From assembly GCF_004010195.1 (NCBI RefSeq), contig NC_057754.1, forward strand, positions 8,584,214-8,648,213: a DNA stretch of 64,000 nucleotides, read 5' to 3'. The notes beneath the pieces are model-generated. The model saw only the letters and a program-made list of their open reading frames with translations. It was not told the DNA's origin and did no database searches. The first letter of the stretch is position 1, and each line of letters begins with the position of its first letter. Source of the DNA: Chiloscyllium plagiosum (lineage: Eukaryota). Below, in pieces: positions 1 to 12,457 of this stretch. Both the position numbers and the translations under genes were made by a program.

Positions 1-116
1 ACTGTCATACACACGCACTGACACACTCACACTGACACACACACTGACCCACACACACACACACTGACCCACTCACACTGACCCACACATACTGACCCAC
101 TCACACAACTGACACA
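1..116. repeat. (CACACTGACC)n-type minisatellite, left part
   Basis: Tandem acacactgaccc motifs; continues at 1425 beyond the Penelope insertion. Confidence 0.85.
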
Positions 117-120
117 ATTA

Positions 121-1422
121 AAAATCACACAGCACCAGGTTATAGTCCAACATGTTTATTTGGAAACATTAGCTTTCGAAGTGCTGCTCCTTCATCAGGT
201 GGTTGTGGAGTATAAGATTATGAGACACAGAATTTATAGCAACAGTTTACAGTGTGATGTGACTGAAATTATACATTGAAAAATACCTTGATTGTTTGTT
301 AAGTCTCTCATCTGGAAGAATGACCATGATAGTTTCACTTCTTTCATATGTAAATCGCAAAACTTTTTTTAAAAGTTACATTCTGAAGTGACCTTTAACA
401 ATTGGTGTCAGCCCAGACAATGTATTGGGTATTAGCACCCCTCTGTGCTGCTGTCTGTGCCATAATGTTTCGAGTGATTCTACTCTAAAAAAAATGAATT
501 AACAGAATCTTACATGGATTCATGCAGTTTTGAGCAAAGTACAATGTAACTGTGCAAGTACAAATTCACCCCACAAACTTGTATGTGTATCCATGCATGT
601 GTGTGTGTATGTTTATGTGAGTGTCTGTGTGCGTGCGTGTGCGTGCGTGTGCATGTGTGTAGGAATGCCTGTGTGTGTGTGTGTGTGTAGTGCAATTGGG
701 TCACCTGTAGTGTGACATGAATCCAAGGTCCCAGTTAAGGCCCTCCCTATGGGTACCGAACTTAGTTATCAGTCTATGCTCGGCAACTTTTCGCTGCTGC
801 CTGTCCTGATGTCTGCCTTGGAGGATGGACACCCGAAGGTCCGATGTTAAATGTCCTGGACCACTGAAGAGTTCTCCAACTGGGAGGGAACTCTCCTGTC
901 TGATGATTGTTGTGTGGTACCCATTCATCCGTTGTCGTAGCCTTGGCTCGGTTTCCCCAATGTACTATGCCTCCGGGCATCCTTGCCTGCAGCGTATGAG
1001 ATAGACAACATTGGCTGAGTCACATGAGTACCTGCCACGTACATAGTGGGAGGTGTCCTCACACGTAATGGTGGTATCCATGTCCACACTCTGATACGTC
1101 TTGCAGCGTCTATCGTCACAGGGTTGTATGGAGTTGTCCTGAGAGCCGGGCAGTTTGCTACGAACAACGATCTATTTGAGGTTTGGCGTTGTTTAAAGGC
1201 GAACAGTGGAGGTGTGGGGAAGGTCTTGGTGAGGTGCTCGTCCTCATTGATAATGTGTTGCAGGCTATGGAGAACATGACATAGTTTTTCAGCTCCTGAG
1301 AAGTAATGGAAAACGAAGGGTACCCTGTCGGTTGCAGCACGTGTCAGTCTCCTGAGGACGTCATTACGGTTCCTTGTTGTGGCACATTGGAACTGGCGGT
1401 CAATGAGTTGTGCATTGTACCC
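121..1422 (-). mobile_element. Penelope-like retroelement, 3' part (GIY-YIG endonuclease remnant and 3' tail with hammerhead-like motif)
   Basis: Frameshifted minus-strand frames give ...YIGETEPRL...RMNGYHTTI...PVGELFSGPGH...AEHRLITKFGTHREGLNWD. The tail matches 33960-34260. Confidence 0.85.
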
Positions 1423-1424
1423 AC

Positions 1425-2220
1425 ATGTACTGACCCACATACACACACACACTGACCCACTCACACTGATCCATACACACACTGACCCACTCACACTGAT
1501 CCAAACAAACACTGACCCACACACACTGATCCACTCACACTGACCCACACACACTGACCCCCACACACTGACTCACTCACACTGACCCATACACATTGAC
1601 CCACTCAGACTGATCCATACACACACTGACCCACTCACACTGACCCACACACACTGACCCATTCACACTGATCCATACACACACTGACCCATTCACACTG
1701 ATCCAAACAAACACTGACCCACACACACTGATCCACTCACACTGACCCACACACACTGACCCCCACACACTGACTCACTCACACTGACCCATACACATTG
1801 ACCCACTCAGACTGATCCATACACACACTGACCCACTCACACTGATCCAAACAAACACTGACCCACACACACTGATCCACTCACACTGACCCACACACAC
1901 TGACCCCCACACACTGACTCACTCACACTGACCCATACACATTGACCCACTCAGACTGATCCATACACACACTGACCCACTCACACTGACCCACACACAC
2001 TGACCCACTCACACACTGACACACACACACTGAGACACACAAACTGACACACAGACACCCACTGAGATACACAAACTGACTGACTCTCGCTGACTCTCAC
2101 ATACACACACACACACGAAACCACCCACACACACTGACCACACACAGTGACCCATACACAGTGAACCACACACAATGACTCACACATATTGACCCACATA
2201 CACACTGACCTGCACACATA
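1425..2220. repeat. CA-rich minisatellite (ACACTGACCCAC units) with a ~144-bp higher-order repeat
   Basis: Marker ccaaacaaac recurs at 1501, 1703 and 1847 within identical flanking blocks. Confidence 0.9.
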
Positions 2221-2221
2221 C

Positions 2222-2847
2222 TGGTGAGGTGACATTTTGGCTAGAAGAGTTCATTTTGTCCTGGGTTTGTTGTAAAGTGAGGTTTTGAAGGAGAGGCACA
2301 GAACAGTCTCCACAGAAGCACTGGAACAAACAGTCTCTGAGGCTTCTTTTAAAATTTGGAAAGATAGGAGCAGCCTGAATGTGATCAAACTCTCCCAGAA
2401 CGAGGATTTTTAGCTTCTTTGCTTTTCGGTCACAGTTCCTGCTGAGATTTTGAAGAAGTGTTAGCTGTTTTTCCCCTCTGTTGGTGACATAAAAGCTGGA
2501 GGTTCTCTTCCTGCTGCTGGAAATCCATCTGAGACAATCTGATTTCGGAATTTGCCATTTGCCACAGTTGTGTTTTTGGGGTGCTGCTATATTGGACCAG
2601 TTACTGTCTGGTGACTAACGAATCTCTTATTATATTAAACATTTTAATAGAGTTCCAGAAAAGCTAATTTTTTTTTTCTCGTGCTTGTTTTGTTGTATTT
2701 TATCCAGAGTGTGTGTCTAAGCTTCAAATCTGGCAGTTTGAGCAACCAAAAAGCAGCTGGAACACAGCACCTTTACAATAAGCAAAGTTTGGGGTCTAGA
2801 CTATCATCTTATTATATTTTGAGGTGGGTCTAGACTGGTCCGCACAA
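2222..2847 (+). mobile_element. Probable 5' LTR of the Gypsy element that follows
   Basis: 3' end resembles the LTR at 7500-8160. Followed by a degenerate tRNA-Pro-like PBS (~2849-2868) and gag-like sequence. Confidence 0.55.
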
Positions 2848-2949
2848 ATTAGGGTTCTTCAAGGGATCAAAATCTCTAATTCCAGATTGGACTCAATGGC
2901 AGCGAGTGACAAGTGCTAGCGTATTTTATTTGGTTGTTGAATTCAGTTG

Positions 2950-3669
2950 GGTTACGACAAGGGGTAAAGCCCTCTGCTAATTTAAACCAGCCACACAGAA
3001 AAGGTCCATCTCACGTAATCTGTTGAAGTTCAAGAGGCAAAGAACTATCCCACTATTGAAAGTTATCAATTCTATTCTTTAAGTCCAACAGAGAATATTA
3101 AACCAACAACTATTTGCAACTCATTTCTCTCAAACCCATCTTTTACCTCCCACTCTACAATACTGGTCCGATTAAAAAAAACTCCCCAATTAAGACTTAC
3201 AACAAAAAAATCACATTTCAAACAACCAGTCAGCTTTGTCAATTGTCCTTTGTAGCTTTTCCTCTGTAGATTTTATTCTCTCAGTCAGCTTCGATGTTCT
3301 GCTGCACAAACATCTTCCAGACAGGTACCTTTCAGACAGCGCTTCAGTTAGCAGTCTATATTTGTGGCAGCTCTCCCCCTAACTGTTCAAACTGTCCAGT
3401 TTTATAATCCACAACATCGGATCATTTCATTGGTTTGATGTCATCCGAAACTGTAAAATTTAAATTCGATCGAATTTGGTATCTGGGGCATAATTTAAAC
3501 TGATTGGCCGAATTTGAACTTGTTTTTGTTCCATAGCAACTCAACTCCTGTTATTTCATTCAAACACGTGTTACATTTTTACTTTGTTCAGGACTCTCTG
3601 TGATTTGTCATTCCTTGCCAGTTTTTCAACTCTCTTAAAGGTAAAGCACACACACACACCTTCATAACA
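2950..3669 (-). mobile_element. Solo LTR, family A, with 4-bp TSD GTTG
   Basis: Ends (g)GTTACG...CATAACA; GTTG at 2946-2949 and 3670-3673; similar to the reverse complement of 11704-12437. Confidence 0.8.
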
Positions 3670-4290
3670 GTTGGTTTAAACAGGGTTTAAGTCAAAGTTT
3701 CGAGGGGACAGTGGGGTGGCAACGGTGGCGAGGTCACTTTGGGAACTCTGCAGAAAGTGAACACAGCAAAACTTTTGGAATTGGCAGGCAAGCTGAATTT
3801 GTGGTTGTCTGGAGGAAAGAGAAGGGAGTTGCGGCAATCACGCAGTCATTATAATTACCCAGAATGCCATCTGAGTCATTGGAAATGGCTAAAATTCAAT
3901 GGAAATGAAGCAGCTTTCCCATGAAAATGTAACCAAAAAGTTTGAATGCCGATTAAAATCAGCGGACAAAGATAAGAAAAGAATCGCTCCGGCAAAAGAA
4001 AGTGAGAGAGAAAGAAGGAAGAAAGGGAGAGAAGAAAGAAAAGGTTTTTGCACTGCCAAGGTTGGGGTGAGAACTCAAAAATCGACTTTAAACGCTGGGG
4101 GCAGAGATGAAAAATAAGGGTTATGATGAGGAGAGTAATGGAGAGTAATCCCGTTGTACACAAAGGCTTGGTGAGGATCTGTTTAAATATGTCCAAGGTC
4201 ACCAAAGTTTAATGAGAAAGATGTTTTTTTTTCATTTCATTTGAGCAAGTGGTTAAACAAACGAAATGGCCAGTGACCATGTGGGTATTG

Positions 4291-4429
4291 ATTAGAGTGG
4301 TGCTGGAAAAGCACAGCAGATTAGGCAGCATCCGAGGAGCAGGAAAATCGATGTTTCGGGCAAAAGTCCTTCAACAGGAAAGCCCTTCTAATCTCGACTC
4401 TGATCTCCAGCATCTGCAGTCCTCACGTT
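4291..4429. mobile_element. Short Penelope-derived insertion with a degenerate 17-bp TSD
   Basis: gtggtgctggaaaagcacagcag...gcatctgcagtcctcac, flanked by tgaccatgtgggtattg (4274-4290) and tgaccacgtgagtattg (4430-4446). Confidence 0.7.
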
Positions 4430-6593
4430 TGACCACGTGAGTATTGTTGATGCAAACATAGTTAGCAGTTGGAGCTAGTAAGGTGTGTGCATCACTATCA
4501 GAGGATGTATCTGGACAGTGTAATGAGGAGAAGATGCCATCTTAACTACATATGAGCTCGGTACCAAAAACTTTCAATGTTTCAGGAGAGAACCTAGTCA
4601 AATGTAAATCGCGTTTGAAAGAAACAAATTAATCTTGACAGGTGGATATGGGCAAGTAAGACCAAGCAAACATCCCGTGCTCTTGCAGAGAGACAATTAG
4701 TTTAGAGGAGTTCAAAAAATCAGTTTCTGAAGTAGTGAGAACTTCATGTGGAAGAGCAGAGAGCTAAGAAGGCGAGATTGGCAGTGGAAATGGCAAATGA
4801 TTTTGAGTTGGTTCACAAATCATAGTTCGGCTTTCGATATCAAATTCAATCTGTGAGGGGTAGGAATTGAAGGAAAGCGAAATCCTCGGTTAGGAAGGGA
4901 AAATGACATCCCATTGAAGATAATAACGATCAGTTACCATGGGATAGAAAGGAAACCCATTAGGGGGAAAAAGGACAAAAAAAACTTAAGTGTTTTCACT
5001 GTAATAAAGTCTGCCACAGGAAGTCGCAGGGATTGATGGTTTAGAAAAAGCACAGGGAAGGCAGATGCGGGAAGACAGGAAAGGCCAGTCAGTTTTATTG
5101 AACTGATAAAGGAAAGCACAATGGAAGCTAAAACACTACAAAACATTACATAACCTGGTCAGGGACTTGGAGATAAGAAAGTGCCAGGTCTCTTTAAAAA
5201 AATTTGCGTGTGAGGGCAAGGCTCCTTGTTTATGCTGGCAGGAACAGAGACAGAAATTAACATTTTTAAGAGATTCAGGAGCAAGGCAAACTTTGATGAG
5301 GAGATACGCAATTCAGAAGGAGTATTGCCAGAATAGGTGGCTCTACGTGGAATTCATAGTGATTAGGGCAGGATCCCAATACATAAAGTGAAGTTGGAGA
5401 GTTCAGTGAAAAGTGGTGGTGATAGTCGGAGTAATAGATAAATTCTTGGCTCCAATTTATTCTTAGTAATGATATAGTTAGATCAAAAGTGGGAGTGTTG
5501 CCTACTGAAAAGCGAATGGAAAAGCCAGCCACTGAGATATTACATGAAGTATATCTTGGGATTTGTCCTGACTGTGTGGTGACAAGGTTATGAAACCACA
5601 AGTTGAAGCAGAAGGAGAAATCAATGAATAAAGTAAGGAAGTTGAAGTTCCAATATCAGAAACCATATCTGATCAGATGGTTGAGACAAAAAAAAAACAG
5701 GTGGATGACCAAGTGGATAATTTTAGTTCAGAGAAATTAGCTGAAATACAAAAGAAAATTAAAAACTAAAACAGTTGTATCAAAAATCATATACGAGTGT
5801 ATCCCAGAATGTTACTATCTTACTATTCTGATGAGGATATAGAAACAACCATATATTCAGGTAAATGAGAAATGGGCAGAAAGTTATATTATTGGTGGAC
5901 TACAGAAAGGAAGTGTTGTAGGTAGCACATGAATTACTCAGGGGAGTAGTAAAGAAAACTCAAGCCAAAACAGAAAAATATTTTGTTGGCCCGCGTAAGG
6001 TTGTGGGTGAATTTTGCTGGATGTGTCACATGTGTCAACTAATTGGAAGCCCTCAGGCAGCAATAACATATGCAATAATTGATTGCATATGCTCCGTACC
6101 TAAAACAAAAAGTGGGAATCTGTATTAATTGACCATAATCCTCCAGACACCAGATTTCCAGAGGCCATTCCATTATGCAGGATCACCACTAAGAGGATTG
6201 CAGAAGTGTTCCTCAAATATTTTACTGGATATGGACTACCCACAGAAAAGGGTCAAATTTCACATCAAAGTTATTCAATAAACTTATTGATGGCTTAGGA
6301 ATAAAACAATTTAAATCTCCTGCATAATATCCAGGATTCCAGGGAGTTTTAGAAAGGTGGCATCAAACTTTAAAGACCATGTGGAGGGCTTATCACCAAG
6401 ATTATCCAGAGGATTGGGATAAAGGAATTCCGTTTGTACTGTTTGCAATTAGGGATGCATCAGATGAATCTCCCAAATTCAGTCCGTTTGAATTAGTTCT
6501 TGGGCATGAAGTGAGATGACCACTGATTGGTGAGTTCTAGTTCAGAGACCACATATTTGGACTTTGTGTCAAACTTTAGAGAAAAATAAAGCA

Positions 6594-7410
6594 GGTGATC
6601 AGATGGACCAATGGACTGAGGAGTGACAAATGGAGTATAATTTAGATAAATGTGAGGTGCTGCAAATCAGGGCAGGACTTAGACATTTCAGTGGTACGTT
6701 TCTGGAGATTGTTGCTGAACAAAAAGACCTTGGAGGGCAAGTTCATAGTTCCTTGAAACTGGATACACACGTGGATAGGATAGTGAAGAAGGTGTTTGGT
6801 ATGCTTTCCTTTATTGGTCAGTGCATTGAGCAGAGGAATTGGGAGATCATTTTGTGGCTGTACAGGATATTGGTTACTTTTGGAATACTGCAATTCTGGT
6901 CTCCCTGCTATAAGAAGGGGAAACTTAAAAGGATTCACAAAGATGTTGCTAGGGTTGGACGGTTTGAGCAAAATGGCGAGGCTAAATAGGCTGAGGCTGT
7001 TTTCCCTGGAGTGTCAGAGGCTGAGGGGTGACCTTATAGAGGTTTATAAAATCATGAGGGGCATGGATAGGATAAATAGACAAGGTCTTTTCCTCAGGGT
7101 GGGAGGCGTCCAAAGCTAGAGGGCATAGGTTTAAGGTGAGAGGGGAAAGATACGAAAGGGACCTAAGGGGCAATGTCTTCACACAGAGGGTGGTGCATGG
7201 ATGGAACCAATTTCTGGACAAAGTGGTGGACGCTGGTACAATTACATGGTTTTAAAGGTATCTGCATGGGGACATGAATAGGAAGGTTTAGAGGTAGATG
7301 AGCCAAATGCTGGCAAATGGGATTAGATTAATTAAGAATATCCAGTTGGCATGGATGAGTTGGACCAAATGGTCTGTTTTCATGCTGTACAACTTTATGA
7401 CTCTATTAGT
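6594..7410 (+). mobile_element. CR1-type LINE 3' fragment
   Basis: MEYNLDKCEV, KDLG.QVH, QFWSP, RLRGDLIEVYKIM motifs and a 3' tail. Confidence 0.9.
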
Positions 7411-7499
7411 CTATGAGTTTGCCAGACAGCATTTGAAATTAGCACAGCATGTGATGAAACAGCAAGCAGACAAGAAATCATAAATCTGCCATGTGCAAG

Positions 7500-8160
7500 T
7501 GTGATGATGCTGCTCCTTTAATAAGGTTATGCTGTCCTTGGCTCTTTTTTCAGAGATTCCGAAAAGACTGGGGTTGAAGGGTTTTAGGGCCAGCTTGATT
7601 ATAGCTAACAAATACTGCCTCAGATAAAAGGCTTTCAAGTTTTAAAAAAAACCCTTGTATAATGAAAGGGGAGTGGGCAGTTCTCCCAGCTCAGCTCTGC
7701 TCTGGTTTGGTTTCGTTTGGATTTTAACACTCTGGCTGTTCACTGAAAGCAGTCAGTCAGTTTTTGAGGCTGCTGCTAGTCCAAGAAACATCTACATAGT
7801 AGAAGATGTTCTATGCTGAATCCCTTCCATCTCTATCTCTATCTCTCCTTAAGACCCCGTGTTTGATTTTACCTTTTATGCCACGCGGTGTTTATGGGGA
7901 TTGTTGCAGGAATCTAGAACAGCCTCATTAAGTTGGGATAATCTGTTGGGTTTTCGGGAGGTTAAGTTGTTCGGTATTCTATTCTCTTTTGTAATTTGGA
8001 AATCTTGTAATCAAATTTTGTTGTGTTTAAAGCTAAGTGGTCAGGACAGTTGCATCACTCCTGGAACATCCACTTTACTCTTGCTTAAACCAACTCACAA
8101 AATTTGTGTCCGGGCTACTTTCTTGAAATGTTTTAAGGTGGTTTGGCTTGGTCCATAACA
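7500..8160 (+). mobile_element. LTR, family B
   Basis: TGTGATG...CATAACA ends; similar to the reverse complements of 21118-21738 and 41214-41826. Confidence 0.75.
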
Positions 8161-8514
8161 TTAACTGAGATAAAGTGTTAATGTCACTTCCAGTATGAAG
8201 TTAACTTTTAAGGCAAGGTTTAGTGGATCATATTGAATTGGAAGGAAATTGAGTGAGGTGAATTAGTTGATAAGAATGTCAGATAGAAAGAAATCTCACA
8301 GAATGTGTCATGTGAACAAGTTCAAAAGTAATATTCAGAGGGAAGGAAAGTAAAAGGAGAATGTGTTACCGGTTATAACACAGAGGGGTGAATCAAGTTC
8401 AGTAATACTAGTGAGACATTCCTCAAATTAAATTGGACAATAAGGAAGTTCTCAAACATTGGGATTAATTATTGTGTTTCCTTCTAGATGAACGTTGAAA
8501 TGACCTGCAAGAGT

Positions 8515-8708
8515 TACAAAAATGTGTTGCTGGAAAAGAGCAGCAGGTCAGGCAGCATCAAAGGAGCAGGAGAATCGACGTTTCCTGAAGAAGGGCTTAT
8601 GCCCGAAACGTTGATTCTCCTGCTCCTTTGATGCTACCTGACCTGCTGCACTTTTCCTGCAACACATTTTTAAGCTCTGATCTCTAGCATCTGCAGTCCT
8701 CACTTTCT
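8515..8708. mobile_element. Palindromic Penelope-derived element with 11-bp TSD and hammerhead-like core
   Basis: 8521-8580 is the inverted copy of 8606-8670; TSD cctgcaagagt at 8504-8514 and 8709-8719. Confidence 0.8.
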
Positions 8709-8877
8709 CCTGCAAGAGTCATCACAATCACGTGTGGAGATATGTGGGAATATGCTGGGAAGTACTAATCTAATTATGCATGATTTTGATATAGGAAATG
8801 CTGTTACAATTGAGCAATACCCTTCTAGACTTAACCCTCTAAATTTGGCACAGGTTCAAAAAGAGATTGCATGCATG

Positions 8878-9902
8878 CATTATGATATGACAGTGGACTC
8901 CTCTGTTAATTGAACCAAATAGCCAGAAAACTTCACCTCGCATCATAATTTGTTAAAACGTGAGTAAGAGAACTCCCAAATTCCACAATTTAACGAAAAT
9001 AATATCAATTTATTCTTTAACTCTAAAGGTGAACATTAAACAACTATTCACAACGCTATTCACAATGCTAACATTTCTCATAACTGCTTATTATCTGCCT
9101 TCAACTCTATAACAATATTCAGTTCCAATAAAACACTTATTTAAATTACATCAGTTTAGTTTCAAAACCACACAGCGACCGTTGTCTTTAGTGTCTGTCT
9201 TCTTCTGGCTAAAGATCTCCGTGGTCATCTTCTTCCTTTCTATGGTGAAGACATTTCACATGAAAAGGTATCTTTGATCGAAAGTGTTTCAATGCTTTGG
9301 ATTTCTCTCAATGGCAGTTACTCTGTATGATTTTCAAAATGTATACCTTTTTTATATCCCCATCAGATTGTCTCATTGGTTCAATGTTGGCAAAACAGTA
9401 AATTCAAACTCAATTGGGTCTTGGTATCCTAGGGCACAGTTTAAACTAATTGGTTAAATTTGAATTGTTGTCAAAACAACAACCAATTCAGATTTGAATT
9501 AGATTTGAATCCCTACAGTATGGAAACAGGCCCTTCAGCCCAACAAGTCCACACTAACCCTCCGAAGAGTAACCCACCCAGACCCATTCCCCTCCCTATA
9601 TTTATCCCTGACTAATACATCTGACACTATGGGAAATTTAGCATAGCCAATTCACCTGACCTGCACATCTTTGGACTGTGGGAGGAAACCAGAGCACCTG
9701 GAGGGAACCCACACAGATAGTCGCCTAATGCAGGGATTGAACCGGGTCCCTAGTGCTGTGAGGCAGCAGTACTAATTTCACATCCAAATATTACATATTT
9801 TCAATTTTCCAGTACACTCTGAGACTGCTCTTGTAAGTTCTCAGTGCAGAACAGCATTCACTCTCTCTCAAAAGTACAGTACATGCCTTCAACTTCATAC
9901 TA
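8878..9902 (-). mobile_element. Solo LTR, family A (TSD CATG), containing a SINE
   Basis: Similar to 2950-3669; CATG at 8874-8877 and 9903-9906; Gypsy RT sequence resumes after it. Confidence 0.75.
9490..9775 (-). mobile_element. HE1-type tRNA-derived SINE
   Basis: Reverse complement of gcactgctgcctcacagc...cctcccacagtccaaagatgtgcaggt...ctcttcggagggt, shared with other copies in the window. Confidence 0.85.
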
Positions 9903-10040
9903 CATGCTCAAAGACAACATAATCAAAGCGATTTGCAGTGAATGGAGCTAATCCATACTAATGGTGCCAAAACCAGATGGCACCAAACAATTATGAGTGG
10001 ACTAGCACAATGTCACTGTAGTTAGAAAATCTGATGTATC

Positions 10041-10180
10041 TGTTATGGACCAAGCCAAAATACTTCAAGAAGGTAGCTTGAATTTTGCTAGTTGTTATTT
10101 AGCAGGTAGAATGTGGGTATTCCAGGAGAAATGCCTCTGGTCAAACCACTTAGTTTTAAACAAAACAGAATTTATTTACA
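10041..10180 (-). mobile_element. Truncated family B LTR
   Basis: tgttatggaccaagccaaaa...gtattccaggagaaatgc matches 21118-21270. Confidence 0.7.
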
Positions 10181-11703
10181 GGTGTTTTTACTGCCCCACG
10201 GAGTGAGGAATCAAATCCAGATGTTGTGGAGTTTGATAAACCTCAAAATACGATAAACAATGAGGATCTTCTTCAGTAATGGGATAGGTTAGTAAACTAT
10301 CAGTCTCAGGAGCAAAGGATGCAGTTGAAAGGTTTGTTACAGCAATATGAGGACATATGCAGGAATAAGATGGGAAGGACTAATGCTATTGTGGATGAGG
10401 TAGATGTAGGGAATGCTGTTCCAGTAAAACAACACCCCTATAGGCTTAATCCTTTCAAAGCTAGATCGGTCCAGAAGGAAGTGGAGGTGATGCTCATCGA
10501 ACTGAGTCAGAGTGAGTGAAGTTTGGTGATCATCTTAGTTTGTGTGGACTATTAGAAGGTCACCACTGTAACAAAATCAGATTCATACCCTATACCGAGA
10601 TTGCAGGACTATATAGAGAAATTCGGACAAGTCAGTTACGTCACAAAGTTACCTTGGCAGGTACCTTTGTCAGACAAAGTGAAAGAAGTTTCAGCATTTG
10701 TAACCCCAAACGGGCTATATCAATTCAAAGTGATGCCTTTTGGAATGAAAAACACACTAGCCACATTCCAAACACCCATGAACCGCGTTAACAAACTGTG
10801 CAGTCTATCTGGATGATGTTGTTATCTATAGTGAGTCATGGAAAGATCACATGGTACAATTGACAGAGTTATTTGAATAATTAAGAGAAACAAAGCTGGT
10901 AATAAACTTAAAGAAAACAGAATTCGTGAAGTCAGAGGTGATGTTCTTGGGACAAAACATCAATCACGGAAGGTTGACCCTCTTAGATTTTTGAAACAAG
11001 GCTGATTCCCAACTTTAGCAGCGTAGTGGCACAGCTAACAGATTTACTGAAGAAGAACATAAAGTTTCGGTCGACAGAACAATGCCAGGAGGCATTTGAC
11101 AATTTAAAAGCAGTATTAACCACTGCACCAGTTATAGCTACACCAAATCTTTTGAAACCATTCAAAGTTACAACCAACGCTAGTGACACAGGATTTGGAG
11201 CTATACTGCTACAGGAAGATGATGGTGGAATTGAACTGCCAATTGGCTACTTTTTAAAGAAACTCAACACCCACCAGAGAAAATACCCTAGCATAGAAAA
11301 AGAATTATTCAGTTTGGTACTAGCTTTATAACATTTTAATGTGTATGTCATGAACAATGTGTCGGAGACAGTTGTGTACATGGATCACAATCCTCTTACA
11401 TTCTTGGAATGATTTGAAGACAAGATTTTTGAGACTATTTCATTGGCGTCTTATGTTACAGACTTTTAATTTACAAATCATACATGTTGCGGGTCATAAG
11501 AATGTGATAGCATTTGCATTATCACAGATTTGACAGATAAACCACAGATATGGTTGAACTGATACCAATGTTATACATCTGTGTGCAGAAATTAATATGA
11601 ATTTGATTTCTGTCCTATGTATTTCATTGTAATGGGTTAAGAATTAGAAAACAATGAGGCAAAGTTTTCATTGTGATGGTTCATTTTTTCTTAAGGGCAT
11701 AGG
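10181..11703 (+). mobile_element. Gmr1-type Gypsy RT/RNase H region (decayed) with polypurine-tract-like end
   Basis: PVKQHPYRLNP, SAFVTPNGLYQFKVMPFGMKN, YLDD (tatctggatgat), PFKVTTNASDTGFGAILLQ...YPSIEKELFSLVLAL. Confidence 0.9.
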
Positions 11704-12437
11704 TGTTATTGAAGTTGAAGATGTGTACTGTACCTTTAAGAGAGTGAATGTTGTATGCACTGAGAGCTTGCAAGCACCTGTCATGTGACTGACTAGCAGT
11801 CTCAGAGTGTACTGGAAAATTAAAAATATGTAACATTTGGCTGTAAACTAGACGGTTTGACCACAATTTGAATTTAGCCAGTCAGTTTAACTTATGCCCC
11901 AGGATACTATAACCCAATTGAGTTTGAATTTATTGTTTTTGCAAACCTCAGACCAATGAGACGATCCAAGGTTGGGGTTATAAAGAAGCAGACATTTTGA
12001 AAGCCAGACAGAGACCAAGGGCCTCAAAACACTCTCGGTCAAAGGTACCTTTTTCATTTGAAACACCTTCGCAGCAAAAGACAGAAGGTGACGCAGGGAG
12101 ATCTTCAGCCAGAGGAGGGAGAACACCAGAGATGACAGCCGCTGTGTGGTTTTGAAATTAAGTTGATGCTATTTTAATACAGGCTTTCATTAGCACAGTA
12201 TTACTTTATAGAGTTTGAGGCAGGGAACAAGCAGTTAAGAGAAAGATGCTTAGAGTTGTAAACATTTGTTGTTTGATATTTATATTTACAGTAAAGAATA
12301 AATTGTTTTTTTTGTTCTTTAAATTGAGGAATTTGGGTAGTTCTCTGTCACTCATACTTTAACAGATTATGATGCGATGTGAGCCTTTCTGGGTGTTTGG
12401 TATAGTTAGCAGAAGGATTCACCACCCTGTTGTAACA
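11704..12437 (+). mobile_element. 3' LTR, family A
   Basis: TGTTATT...GTAACA ends, directly after the RNase H region; internal TATAAA and AATAAA. Confidence 0.85.
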
Positions 12438-12457
12438 GTTTGGAGGGGATAGCTAAA

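Larger units (their letters stand above)
3674..10040 (+). mobile_element. Decayed Gmr1-type Gypsy internal region (gag, protease, integrase, start of RT), interrupted by nested insertions
   Basis: Gag-like FFISFEQVVKQTKWP; protease-like FLRDSGA; integrase-like TRFPEAIPL and LERWHQTLKTM...DWDKGIPFVLFAIR...FSPFELV at ~5900-6550; RT start YPSRLNPLNL...MVPKPDG after 8800. Many stops and frameshifts. Confidence 0.8.

Noticed and set aside
925..2235. Cys/Val-rich ORFs (also 510-715, 19018-19421, 40087-40403)
   Set aside because: They are translations of CA/TG simple repeats, partly fused to an off-frame Penelope remnant.
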